NCBI GenBank assembly: GCA_002245135.1
Contig: NGBS01000596.1
Span: 62,001-126,000 of the forward strand
Reading direction: 5' to 3'
Origin: Proteromonas lacertae
Taxonomy: Eukaryota
DNA: 64,000 bases
Shown here one piece after another: positions 1 to 11,230 of the stretch (positions are counted from its first letter, which is position 1; each line of letters opens with the position of its first letter). The notes below the pieces were generated by a model. The model made no database searches, had not been told where the DNA came from, and worked only from the letters and a program-made list of their open reading frames with translations. A program made the translations under genes and the position numbers.

Positions 1-635
1 CAAGTGAAATAACCAATTATACACAATTGCCAACTTATCGATTATTTCAAAAACAGTCTATTCCATTTAATAGTAATTTTGATTTATTATGTACATTTCT
101 GGAAGCTGCATTTGACCATGTTGATCGTAAAACAGAAGGTGGAAGACCTACTGTACAAATAGAAAATAAAGCTGTTGAAGTATGTTACTTATTAAAAGAT
201 TCAAAGATACAAATTGAATGGACAAGTTCTCCTGTGAATGATATGATTGTAGATTCAGTAGTTACCATTATCATGCAAACTCAATACAGTCCTGCTTCAG
301 TAAGATTATCAGCCTTACCACTATTAACAGGGAATAACAACAATAAAACTGATATAAAAGTTGATGTAAATCAACAAAAGAAAATAGCTGAAGATGCATT
401 GCATCAGAGTGTTTTGAATTTATTAATTGCTGAGTATGGTGATGCCTTTTATAATGAAGAAGAACATTACTATGAAGTTGATAATGGAAGGTATATTTTG
501 AATTTAGATGCCAATGCTGTTGTTAGAAGAGAAGAAATGGATGAAGATCCTGTTTATATAAGACTATTACACACTAAGGATAGATTGATGCTTTTAACTA
601 AACCATTTGGATTTGATAATCCAGTTTCATTGTAG
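1..635 (+). CDS. CPSF3: 3' end of cleavage and polyadenylation specificity factor 73 kDa subunit (CPSF73/Ysh1 C-terminal domain), partial
   Basis: Frame is open from the window edge (SEITNYTQLPTYRLFQKQSIPF...). IQIEWTSSPVNDMIVDSVV matches the CPSF73 C-terminal motif LEWxxxPxNDMxxDxV. Stop is TAG at 633-635. Confidence 0.75.
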   Translation, partial: SEITNYTQLPTYRLFQKQSIPFNSNFDLLCTFLEAAFDHVDRKTEGGRPTVQIENKAVEVCYLLKDSKIQIEWTSSPVNDMIVDSVVTIIMQTQYSPASVRLSALPLLTGNNNNKTDIKVDVNQQKKIAEDALHQSVLNLLIAEYGDAFYNEEEHYYEVDNGRYILNLDANAVVRREEMDEDPVYIRLLHTKDRLMLLTKPFGFDNPVSL

Positions 636-673
636 AATATGTCTTTTTATTTTTCTTATATATGATTACGTAA

Positions 674-681
674 TGTTTGTT
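674..681 (+). terminator. candidate TGTTTGTT 3'-end/polyadenylation element
   Basis: Lies about 40 nt after the CPSF3 stop. The same octamer follows the ancestral transposase stop (10983-10990) and sits in the displaced 7TM-gene 3' region (11266-11273). Confidence 0.45.
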
Positions 682-895
682 GGGATGATTTTGTATTATA
701 TTTTGTATTTTATTTTATATTTTATTTTGAAAAGTATGTTTATCAAACAAAAGCTTGTTCAAAATAGAATACTATTGATAAGTCTAAATTTTTAACCAAT
801 AATATTGAAGATTATTCAACCAATAAGATTTCACTAAATCACTTCAAAAAAACTTCTTTCGTTTTCTTCATTATTAATTCACTTTCATTGCGCAA

Positions 896-2554
896 ATGTC
901 TTTATCAGATATGTGGAAGTATTATATTATCATTATATACTATTATTACACAGTTATGGTACTGATGCTTGTTGGATTTTACAATCAAATGGCAACAAGA
1001 CTTGCAAAACCCTTGCAGATAAACTTGATGAATGGAGTAAGATCGAAAATGACTATGCTAAGAAACTAGCAGCATTCAAAAAAAGTGTCACAGAAGATAA
1101 GGTGTATGCAACAACTTTAGTAATTTTTTTATTAGATTTTCTGAAGTCCCTGGATCAACTTTAGGTGATGGCCTTGTACAGTATATCATCTATTGGTTTA
1201 ATTGACTTAGATTATTCTCAAGTTTAGCAATTGAGATTGAAAGGCATACAAGCTTCTCAAAGAAGCTTGAAGGAACCAGTACAGATTTAACTAAATGGCG
1301 TAAGATAGAGAATTCCAAAAATAAAGAGTATCAACACTAGTATTTTATATAATTTAGACAACTTGCTAAAGCAGACAAGATCATGAAGGAATTCCAAAAT
1401 CTGAAAGCAAAATTCCTTAAAACACAACAATCAGTTGAAAAAGCAGGAAAGTCATTAGAACATTACATTGATAGAAAAGATAGTGGAGAAGGAGCATTAA
1501 TAGCATCAAAATTAGAAGAAGCTAAAACAAAATTTCTTAAAATTGAAGAATCTTACTATGAAGATTACGATTCTGCTCAAAAACAATTACTAGATCATAA
1601 ACCAGCATTAGAAGAAATAATGAAATACATGGAAGGATTTGAACAAGAAAGAATTGCACATTTAAAAGAAATCTTAGACAATCTAATGGATGAAAGAATA
1701 AACAATTCAAATAACATTGCTAAAGCCTTAACAGGTGTAAAGAAATTAATAAATTGTGTGAATGTTCAAATGGATATAAACAATTTCCTCTCACAATGTA
1801 AGAACCCTGAGCCATTTGTCACTATCAACACTCGTTCACAATTAATACAATCTGAAATAAATGCACCACCTTCTATTCATCAAAGTGGTAGTAGTAATCG
1901 TGATATTTTAAGAAATAATGTAGCTCCTTTAGCAATGATGATGGCTATATCTGATATTAGGAATAATAATGCAACTAGTAGCAGTAGTGGTGCAGCATCT
2001 ATTAGAATTGATCCACATTTATTAGGATTATTAAACACCAATAACAATCATGAAAATCCACAATTGGTAATGCAAAATGCATTCCAACAATCTGCCAATA
2101 ATAATAATAACAATAATATTTTACCAGCAACTGATAGTTTTGATAGTGTTAGTTGTAGTAGCTATAATAATAATAATAGCGATATGGAAGTATTGTATAA
2201 TTATGAATCTACTCAAAATGGGGTATTGAGTGTAAAAGCTGGGGATTTAATCAAAAATGTAACAACTGTAAATGATGAAGGATTAGTGGTGAAGTTAATG
2301 GTATTAGAGGAATGTTACCCAAAACTTTTGTGAAACCCATTCAAATCTCAACCAATCAGATTGTTTCTGATTATCCTCTATCATGTGTTGCTGTGTATGA
2401 TTGTTTATCTAAAGATTCTAATGTATTGAATTTTACTAAAGGTGAGAGATTATATTATAAGAATTCTACTACGGCTCAAAGTGGATGGTTAGAAGGTAAG
2501 AACGATAAAGGTCAATGTGGATTAATACCAGAATCTTATATTAACAAATTATAA
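896..2554 (+). CDS. F-BAR/FCH plus two SH3 domains (PACSIN/PSTPIP-like), 4 small introns
   Basis: ATG at 896 (MSLSDMW). Spliced exons give the FCH-type segment LDEWSKIENDYAKKL and a coiled coil with EQERIAHLK. Two SH3 domains follow (VLYNY...LSVKAGD; AVYDC...GWLEG...GLIPESYI). A frame break near 2283 removes the first SH3 Trp. Confidence 0.75.
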
Positions 2555-2689
2555 AATAATCAATCTTTCTAGTTTATCTTTTTTTTATATATACATAAAG
2601 TTATATAACCCTCTATATTGTTTTAATATTTTTATGTTTTTATTATATAAAACAACAAAATATGAAGAAATATATAATTTAATGGGTTT

Positions 2690-3240
2690 TTATTTTCCAT
2701 TATTCACAAGTAATAATTGATCAACTAAATATCCAGGAATATAGGATACTGGTGCTACATTGGGCAGTTGTTCTCTATTGAAGAACTTGTCTAAATGCTT
2801 TTCTACTATTAAATCTTTATATATTCCCATAACACTATTACATATCGCTACAAATAGTTCATTATCACTTTCTATATTTGCTTTATTGTCTCGTTGGTAA
2901 TATACACCTTGTGGTGAAACGTAGTGGTAACCAATTGAATATAATCCCTTTTCAACAATACGAAAGTAATTTATCATTATTTCATAATCTGATTGAAACA
3001 CAGTTACCGTTATTGGTGATAATAATGGTGATGGTTGATCTGGTATTGGATATAATATCTATTTATTAATATTTTTAACCATACAGACTTATTGTTTTTT
3101 GCAATAACTCCAAAGAAGTTCACATCAGTTACTAAAAGGTGTGACATTTTTCGTTCATTCAGTTCAATTTTATCCTTATAAAATAGCACTAATTTAGTGT
3201 CTTCATTCAAAAATTGCTGCATTTGAGCTTCATTAGACAT
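2690..3240 (-). CDS. hypothetical protein, paralogue of 14206-14790
   Basis: ATG at 3240 and a 26-nt GT-AG intron (3059-3084) join the exons into one frame: ...NNKS|ILYPIPDQPSPLLSPITVTVFQSDYEIMINYF...LLLVNNGK*. Confidence 0.7.
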
Positions 3241-3378
3241 TTTTTTATATCAAAAATAAACTTGGCTTGACAATTCTATTTTGACAATAAACAAAATATA
3301 AATTTACACACAATATATTAACGATAGATTAAATTAAAAAACTGATTAATACATACTATTTTCACTTTTTAGTATAGG

Positions 3379-4213
3379 TTATAATACAGGAGTAAATTTA
3401 TCATCATGAAAATCATTTATATTACACTCATTTAACGATGATGCTTCTCTAATGCGTGTATAAGCAGATCTTGTAATACAAGGACAACAATTGGTATGTG
3501 TAATTACATTTGTACATTGATTAATCATTATCTAAAGATAAATTATTATCATTAATATACGTCAGTACGTTGTAGCAAGGTGCTAATATAGGATGGATTA
3601 TGTAAATAGGATAAATGTACTTTAATTGTTAAATTATTCGATATTCGATTGTCTGACACTTTTTCAAAATGAGAAATTATCTATATGTTCATAATACAAA
3701 CATGATTAATCATATTAAATACATTGTCATATGCTTCATAATTGATTAAACAAAATTGAGATAAAAGTGTCTCTTCTTTTCTTAGCGATTTAAATTTCCA
3801 CCTCAAATATCTGAATCTCAAGGCACAACACGTTGCATCTCTCTAAATATTATAAATCATGGTGTAACAATACTAATTCAGATAATTGATATATGTATGT
3901 ATTTAATTTATGTCTATACTCTGAATACATAGATATTGCAAAGCTATTAAACCTTTCTAAATCTCTTTCAAAGTAAGCTACAAATCTATTCTGTTACACA
4001 TATTATATAATACTTTCCTATAGTTTTGTTATCTTGTACCATGTGTGGCGAAATAATTCCCTGTGTTTGGGAGGGTATAACTTTTGTATCTATGAAATCA
4101 ATGAAATCTCGATATTTAACAAAATAACTTCTATATGTATAATTAAATTTCTTCTTCTCGTTTCTAGAGACATATATCTTGATTATATACTCAAGTTTTG
4201 TTTCAAAATTCAT
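3379..4213 (-). CDS. hypothetical multi-exon protein
   Basis: ATG at 4213 and several short exons with GT/AG borders. The last exon reads IMINQCTNVITHTNCCPC...FTPVL*. No family recognised and the middle exons are uncertain. Confidence 0.35.
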
Positions 4214-4278
4214 TCAACAAAATTATTCCCGTTTGTTCAGATCGTGCTATTCGTTTTTATTTATAATATGGCATTAGA

Positions 4279-7200
4279 ATGAAGCTATTACAATTTTATT
4301 CAACAAAGTTATTGGAAATATTATTAGTATGTCTGTTTGTTGTATATGTATTTCAAATAACTGTTCTAGATTAACCCAATCGAAACATATTTCTATTTAC
4401 ATCCATTGTCAGATACAGATGGCTTGGAAAATACCTTTAGAATAAAGGGAGTCATTGATAATGACGCTCTATTCAACCAAGAAGGTATTTCTTTTCAAAT
4501 CCACTTTTTTAGATTTGTTACACACACTAAGTGTTTTTATGTGGAGAAAGAACATCAATAGTAAAGGTGGTTTATGTCTAGATAATACTGTAGATGATTG
4601 TCCAGATAATTTGAAAAGAAATGTATCAGTTCAAATATGGGTTTATACATCAGTATGCTTATACATTTATCTATAATTTATAATAGGGTATTACCCGTAT
4701 AGAGAAAAGGGCAGAGAATATTGGAAATTATTATCAACAACTATGTAATTCCGACTTGAAACCACACATGCTATTATCTCCATTCTCTAGTTATTATACA
4801 GAACCAATATTAGAGAATATATACAAACTCTCAACTGATAATCATGGATATGGATGTAACAGTTTAACACTAATCACTAGTTCAGCATCTATGTTATTTA
4901 TGAAGCAATATAAATTCATATTATCCTCCATGTCATCTGATATAATCGAAGCTAAAGCAATATTTGATCATTACATTATAAGGCATAGTATTTTTATATT
5001 ATTATTATTATTATTATTATTATAGAAGTAAGAAGGTTGTTTATATTATCATCACTCAATGATCCTTATTCCTACAGTCATACACTGACACAATTAGATT
5101 TATTAACTCAAGAATATAGTCCATATAATGTCAAGATAATAATGAGAAGATGTTTATCAGATGTGTTAAATTATAATGGTGTTAATTGCAATACAGATGA
5201 TGATTGTCCTTATAGAGAACCATGTTTAACTCCATTTATAGATGTATATATAATAATAATTATTATTATTCATTAGACTGATGCTCCTGATATTGAAATA
5301 TCTAAGAATATAACCAAATGGTTAAAAGTATTGAAGAAAGAGAATGAAGATGATGATATACAGTTGGTAATATTGAATCTAAGGAATTTACCATTATATT
5401 TATCATTAACCACTATTATTGATTTGAATATAGTGCCAGGAGCTGTAACAATTCCATTACAAAACTATTTTCTTTCAACAGATATGAATTTATACAATTA
5501 TTCATTTATATATCCATATATCAATCAAGAATTACCTTCAAGTGAATATTCTACTATTAATGATTTTATATTAGATATGAAATCTTATAATAGAATGAAT
5601 AACATTAATGCAATAATATATGACAATCAAGAAGGTAATATACCATCATATATTGGATATACAAGTTGTAAAATATTTGAAAGATTAATACAGATGTACT
5701 ACATTAATACACTGTCTTCAATGTATGAGAATATAAGTGATAGGTCAATAATTATAAATAATATAATAAGTAATGGATTTAATATTGAGGAATTTGGTAA
5801 ACTAATAAGTTGTATTTCAATATATAATTATTATTATTATATAGATGCTGATAAATTTGGTTTATGTCAAAGTGATAATGGTATTATATTCAATTCACAG
5901 CATTGTTCAACAGATTCAGACTGTCTACATGGTAGTAAATGTAAAGCATATCCTATGCCATTCTACAAGTATAATATATATATATAATATTTATTTTATT
6001 ATTTGTATAGTGTAATGTTTTCTGAATATGAACATGTATCAATAGGTCATGATATTGGATTGTATGTAATTAGTAATAAAATTCAAAAGTATTATATATA
6101 TTATTATTATTATTATATAGTACTTACGAGTATACTGTAATTGGTCCACCATCCTTATCAATATGTAATTTACATTATACATGTACTGAAATATTCAACT
6201 TTGAAGGTTGTGACTGTAATTCAATCTATCCAATCAAGTGGAAATATATATTGAGTCTGAGTGATATACCAATATATAATCATTTATTCTTACGTATACT
6301 GCCTGGTATGTTAATGATACTGATATTATTTGTTACTTATATAATATATAAAGATAGGAATAAATATTATTTATATTATCTTCCAAAGACAGTTTATATC
6401 ATCATATTAGAATGTATTTGTATGCTAGTTTATTCATCCTTATTGTTATATAAACCATCTCAGACAATGTGTTTATTGCAGTTTATATTCAGAGTTGCTG
6501 GTTTTACAATCTTCAGTTTAATGTTCTCAACAAGTTCGTTAAAATATATATTAAGTTCCATTCAAGAGAAATTATCATTTGCAATGTATTTAGAAATACT
6601 CATTAATTCATTATATTGCTTGATTTTAATCGTTTATTCAGTCATTCATTTAATAAGGAATGGTTTAATGGTAACAAGGACATTTAATATCAATTTTGAA
6701 CCTTATCAAATAAATATTTGTAATGATTCAACACACACTATGATGTATTTGATATTTGAGCTATATTATTGGTTTTTCTGTTTTTTAATATTTGCTCAAG
6801 TATTATGTAGACATTATTTCATTTATACATCAGTTTATTTCAGTTTCTTACAAGTATTTCATTGTTTTGTTATAAGCTTATTCAAATTAAGAAGTGATGA
6901 TTTACCATTAGTCTATGAGAATGATATTAGTATAATATCATTATATCCAATAATAATTATTGAAGTAATATTGGTTGTTATTATACCAACAATATTATTA
7001 ATACAAAAGAATATATTACACAAATGGGATGTTAATACAAGAATGAGAAATGAAAGATATTTGCAACAGTGTTTAGATGATAATATATTCTATTATACTC
7101 TATATAATAGAGCCAGTCCTTTAATACAGAAGAGATTAGATTCATTGAAGATGATTGAGTTATATCAAAAATCAACTGATGTTCGAGTTACAGGCTTGAC

Positions 7201-7815
7201 TGATCAGAGAGTATATAATACCTTGACGAAGAAAGATATTGGAATATCACATCCACTGCTGAACGAACTGAAAAATGGATTAGGTGAAAATGTATTTATA
7301 TTATTATTATTATATAGAATCGTGATCATTTTATTAAGGTAGAGAATTATTTATTAGAAACAATATCTGTATATATATATTATATTATATTATGTAAATA
7401 GAGAGAAAGTATTTGGATAAATATCTTCTCTTCTTCCTATTATTCTCAAATATTAGATGCAACAGAGTTGTATGAAATGTATTTAAGATTACCTAATTCA
7501 ATTCAGAAAACAATAAAATTAAAATTAGAAGATAGACGAGATGAAAATGCTCAATCTTATGCGAACAATGCGTCAGCTTTAAAACAGAGTGTTTATTTAA
7601 AAAGACGAGTATCAAAAGCAACAAATACTGAAAGTGTTCGAATTGGTTATGTTAGTGGAGGTGCTAGTTTTGCTGAAGGTAATCGTGACTCGATGTTATC
7701 TCCTTCTAATAAATATCGAATAAAGATATCCTCTAATGCTGGAATTAACTGTTCTTCTAATATGCCGTCTTCTTCTGCTCTTTTAAAGATTCCTTTACCA
7801 AAGAAAGAAAATTAG
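4279..7815 (+). CDS. class C (GABA-B/Grl-like) 7TM receptor-like protein with large ectodomain and C-terminal RGS-like domain
   Basis: Hydrophobic N-terminus from ATG 4279. The ectodomain has a Venus-flytrap-like LLSPFSSYYT and Cys-rich loops. About 7 hydrophobic helices lie in 6280-7000, with the 7tm_3-like segment KPSQTMCLLQFIFRVAGFTIF and an ECL2 Cys. A helical LQQCLDD...VYNT...ESIWINIFSSSYYSQIL region resembles RGS. Confidence 0.55.
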
Positions 7816-8465
7816 TTTTATTCTGGGTTCGATAAAGGGCGTCCTTTTCGAATTTTGCCCTATTTTTGCCCCTTTTTTTTCAGCTGAAAAGAAGCCTGCC
7901 CCTTACTGCTCGGGCATAGTAATATTACCATGTGTTATGCTGTAGTATATTTTTTCTGATTTTTTGTTATAACTTTTCCATATTATCATCTAGATATACT
8001 AACATATGTTAAAAAGGATATATTATTGTGTATTATAGCATAATAGTCATCTACTTTTCTTATGATTATATAATATCATATGTTTATGCATATATACTAA
8101 TTATATAGAATATACATACTGTATATCATATTCTGATATGCATATATATACATTATGTACATTTCAAGGTGATTGACGTCACTGAACATAAATGAAATTT
8201 ATATAATAAATAATTTTGTATATTACACATATATCATATAGATAATTAAGAAGTATAGCTATAGAATGGGTATTTTCAGTTAATTGATAATCAATAGTAC
8301 TTGTTATGATAATAACATAATATATTTCATAAACTAATAGAAAAACTATTTCAAAATTACTATTTAGTATATTTTGTATACTACTTAATGTATTTCAAGC
8401 AATTATTTGAATACTTAGAAAATGGTTTGAGAATTTCGAGCTATCATTTTGCATTTCAATTGTAT

Positions 8466-10268
8466 ATGGGTAAAACGAGAGATGCTGTGTATAGATACTT
8501 TAATGAAGATGTGGTGTTAAAGAAACCCCTTGAAAAATACAACAGAATTCAATGCAGAAGGTGCAAGGCAATGATTATTGCTCATTGCACTAATTTGAAA
8601 CGTCATTACAAAAAGTATAAATATATTTATTATATTTATTAAATTAGATGTAGTGAAAAGCTAATCCAATCAAAACTTACAGAATTGAGATATGATGAAC
8701 GTGCAATAAACTTAATGGTGACCAAATATCTTATAGAAAATAACTTAGCTTTCAGAACCATACAATCTAAATCCTTTAAAAATCTAATATATACATTAAA
8801 TCCAACTACAAAGTCAATAACAATAAACAAAATAAAAGCATCAATGAACGAAGAAGCAGAAAGAATAGTAAAGGAAATTGTAGATAACAGTAAAATATGT
8901 ATAATTGTGGACTCTTGGAAATCAGTAACCAATGAAAACGTTATTAATTTGGCAATAAAGAAAAGCAGTGATATTTCGTTTTTGGAATCCATTTATTTAC
9001 ATAAACGAGAAACATCAGAAAATATAGTGGAATTAATAATTCAAACATTAGTGAAGTATAAACTAGATATTAAAAACATTGTTGCTGTGAGTAGTGATAA
9101 CAACTACACCATGAAAAAGATAAGTAGTATTTTAGAGAAAAAAATAAATAGACCTGTAGTAAAGTTTGGATGTTTAGCACACATCCTAAACTTAATCAGT
9201 AAAAAAGTATTCGAAATAGAGAAATACAAAAAAGTGATAGTCATGTGTAATGACATTATTCATAAGTTAAATAATAATCAAAAGATTAGAGAAACTATAT
9301 ATTCAATTATACAAAAAAATATCCAAATACGCAAGGGTTGTGATACGAGATGGTCAAGCTATAGCGATGTATTTAGAAAAATATTACTCAATAAAGAAAT
9401 TTTATTACAGATAAAATTATTAAAGGAAGAAGATATACCAGAAATTAAAGAATGCTACAAGATTGCAAAATATATTTCCACAAATATACACTTATTATGC
9501 AAAGATTCATCTACATTAAATGATGGTTTCAGAATATTGACCAAAATTAAAAGAAAGTTAATGAAAAGGTCATCAAGTGAAAAAGAACTTATTAAAGACA
9601 TTATAAAAAAAGAGACTAGACATGCAAACTACAGCATTTTAGCTCTATATGAATTTTTAGACATAAACAGTAAACATAAATTTTCAGACATGGAGAAGGA
9701 TAATATAAAAAGATATATATTATCTAAATTCAGCCCTATTTTAAATCAGAAAGCATTAAATGAGATTTATCATTTTGAAAGAAGAAAACCATACTGCAAA
9801 AAGTGCCCTTCAGATATATTTTCGAAAAAGATATCAACTAATATATGGTACAATATGTATGGAGTTTTTTACCCAAATGTTAAGAAGCTATATGATATTC
9901 TTTCAACTATTCCTGTCACAAGCTCATTTATTGAACGTTCATTTAGTATTGAGGGAATAGTTCATAATCATATTAGAAATAAATTACAGCTTAATACTAT
10001 AAATAATATTTTAAGAATAAAATATGATTTATTAAAAGAAAAAAACAAAGAAAAAGATATAAATGAAGATGATAATGATATTAGTGAAGAAGAATATAAT
10101 TTAGATGTGCTGAATGAAATTGATAACAATATAGTATATGACACTTTAGATTATCAATGTTCTGGTGATGAAGATGAAAGTTCTGGTAGTTCTAGCGATG
10201 AAGGTTTAAGTTGTTGTTCCCCGTATGGCGGAAATCCCCGTATGGCGGAAATCTATATTGCAGAATGA
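8466..10268 (+). CDS. hAT transposase with BED zinc finger, one 33-nt intron (8615-8647)
   Basis: MGKTRDAVYRYF...CRRC...LKRHYKK|C forms a BED finger. Catalytic and structural motifs IVDSW, SDN, CLAH (CxxH), TRWSS and IERSFS are all present. The current stop lies inside the nested element; the ancestral stop is at 10955-10957. Confidence 0.9.
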
Positions 10269-10850
10269 TTCAATCAAAACTAATATGATATTCATGATGA
10301 TCGGAGTTAGTTATTAACAAATATATAGTTAGTTTGTCATATGACCTACATCTGTGATATACTTATTTATGAACTTCATTATTATCAATATTAAACTAAA
10401 TTTTGAATATTTTCTATTTTAACGTTTCAGTCACTACTACAGTCTAAAATACATTATCTGATATGAATAGAATTCACTATTTTTAATGTTAAGGAGGTTA
10501 AAAAAGAAAAAAGAAAAAATAAGTTCAAGCCTCACTCAAGCCTGCTCTTTAATTTCCTTTTTTATTACCTTAACATTAAAAATAGTGAATTCTATTCATA
10601 TCAGATAATGTATTTTAGACTGTAGTAGTGACTGAAACGTTAAAATAGAAAATATTCAAAATTTAGTTTAATATTGATAATAATGAAGTTCATAAATAAG
10701 TATATCACAGATGTAGGTCATATGACAAACTAACTATATATTTGTTAATAACTAACTCCGATCATCATGAATATCATATTAGTTTTGATTGAATCATTCT
10801 GCAATATAGATTTCCGCCATACGGGGATTTCCGCCATACGGGGAACAACA
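10212..10850. mobile_element. non-autonomous foldback/MITE-like element, TGTTG...CAACA termini, 283-bp TIRs, 5-bp TSD
   Basis: Arms 10212-10494 and 10568-10850 are reverse complements with no mismatch seen, separated by a 73-bp spacer. TAAGT is duplicated at 10207-10211 and 10851-10855. Removing the element restores the transposase reading frame. Confidence 0.92.
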
Positions 10851-10957
10851 TAAGTGATGAAAATTCTAGTGATGAAGATGAAAGTTCTAGTGATGAAAAT
10901 GAAAGTTCTAGTGATGAAGGTTTTAGTGATGAAGGATCTCAAAGCCCTTACTTTTAA
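10851..10957 (+). repeat. displaced acidic-tail repeat of the transposase (AGTGATGAA / SDE units)
   Basis: Reads SDENSSDEDESSSDENESSSDEGFSDEGSQSPYF*, in frame with ...SSDEGL before the nested element. Confidence 0.85.
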
Positions 10958-11230
10958 GGCTATTATTATAATGAAATATTATTGTTTGTTATTGTTATAA
11001 GATAATAATACATAATTATGAAAAGAATAAATATTTTTATAGCGTTTAATATCCCTAAAATCGCACAAAATATAAAAATTCAAATAAAATAATTGAAAAG
11101 GGCAAATTGTACCCTTTTCTATTTTTAGATAGTATAAAGGACGCCCCTTTCAATTTTTGCCCGGGACATGCCCTTGTCCCGCCACTGCCCTGTCCCTTTA
11201 TTATTCAACCCAGGTTTTATTATTATTATT

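Larger units (their letters stand above)
7823..11213 (+). mobile_element. complete hAT-superfamily DNA transposon (3391 bp including nested element)
   Basis: Imperfect TIRs CTGGGTTCGATAA (7823-7835) and CTGGGTTGAATAA (reverse complement of 11201-11213). 8-bp TSD GTTTTATT at 7815-7822 and 11214-11221. GC-rich subterminal TTTGCCC/AGGGCGTCCTTT motifs at both ends. Encodes a hAT transposase. Confidence 0.93.

Noticed and set aside
2275..2295. Frame break in the first SH3 domain as a micro-intron or recoding site
   Set aside because: No GT-AG pair restores the frame. Collapse of GGATGGAT to GGAT explains it, so it is probably an assembly error or a simple deletion.
10219..10252. Tandem 17-bp GC-rich repeat as a CRISPR-like array
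   Set aside because: Only two adjacent units with no spacers. It is a subterminal repeat of the foldback element in a eukaryotic genome.
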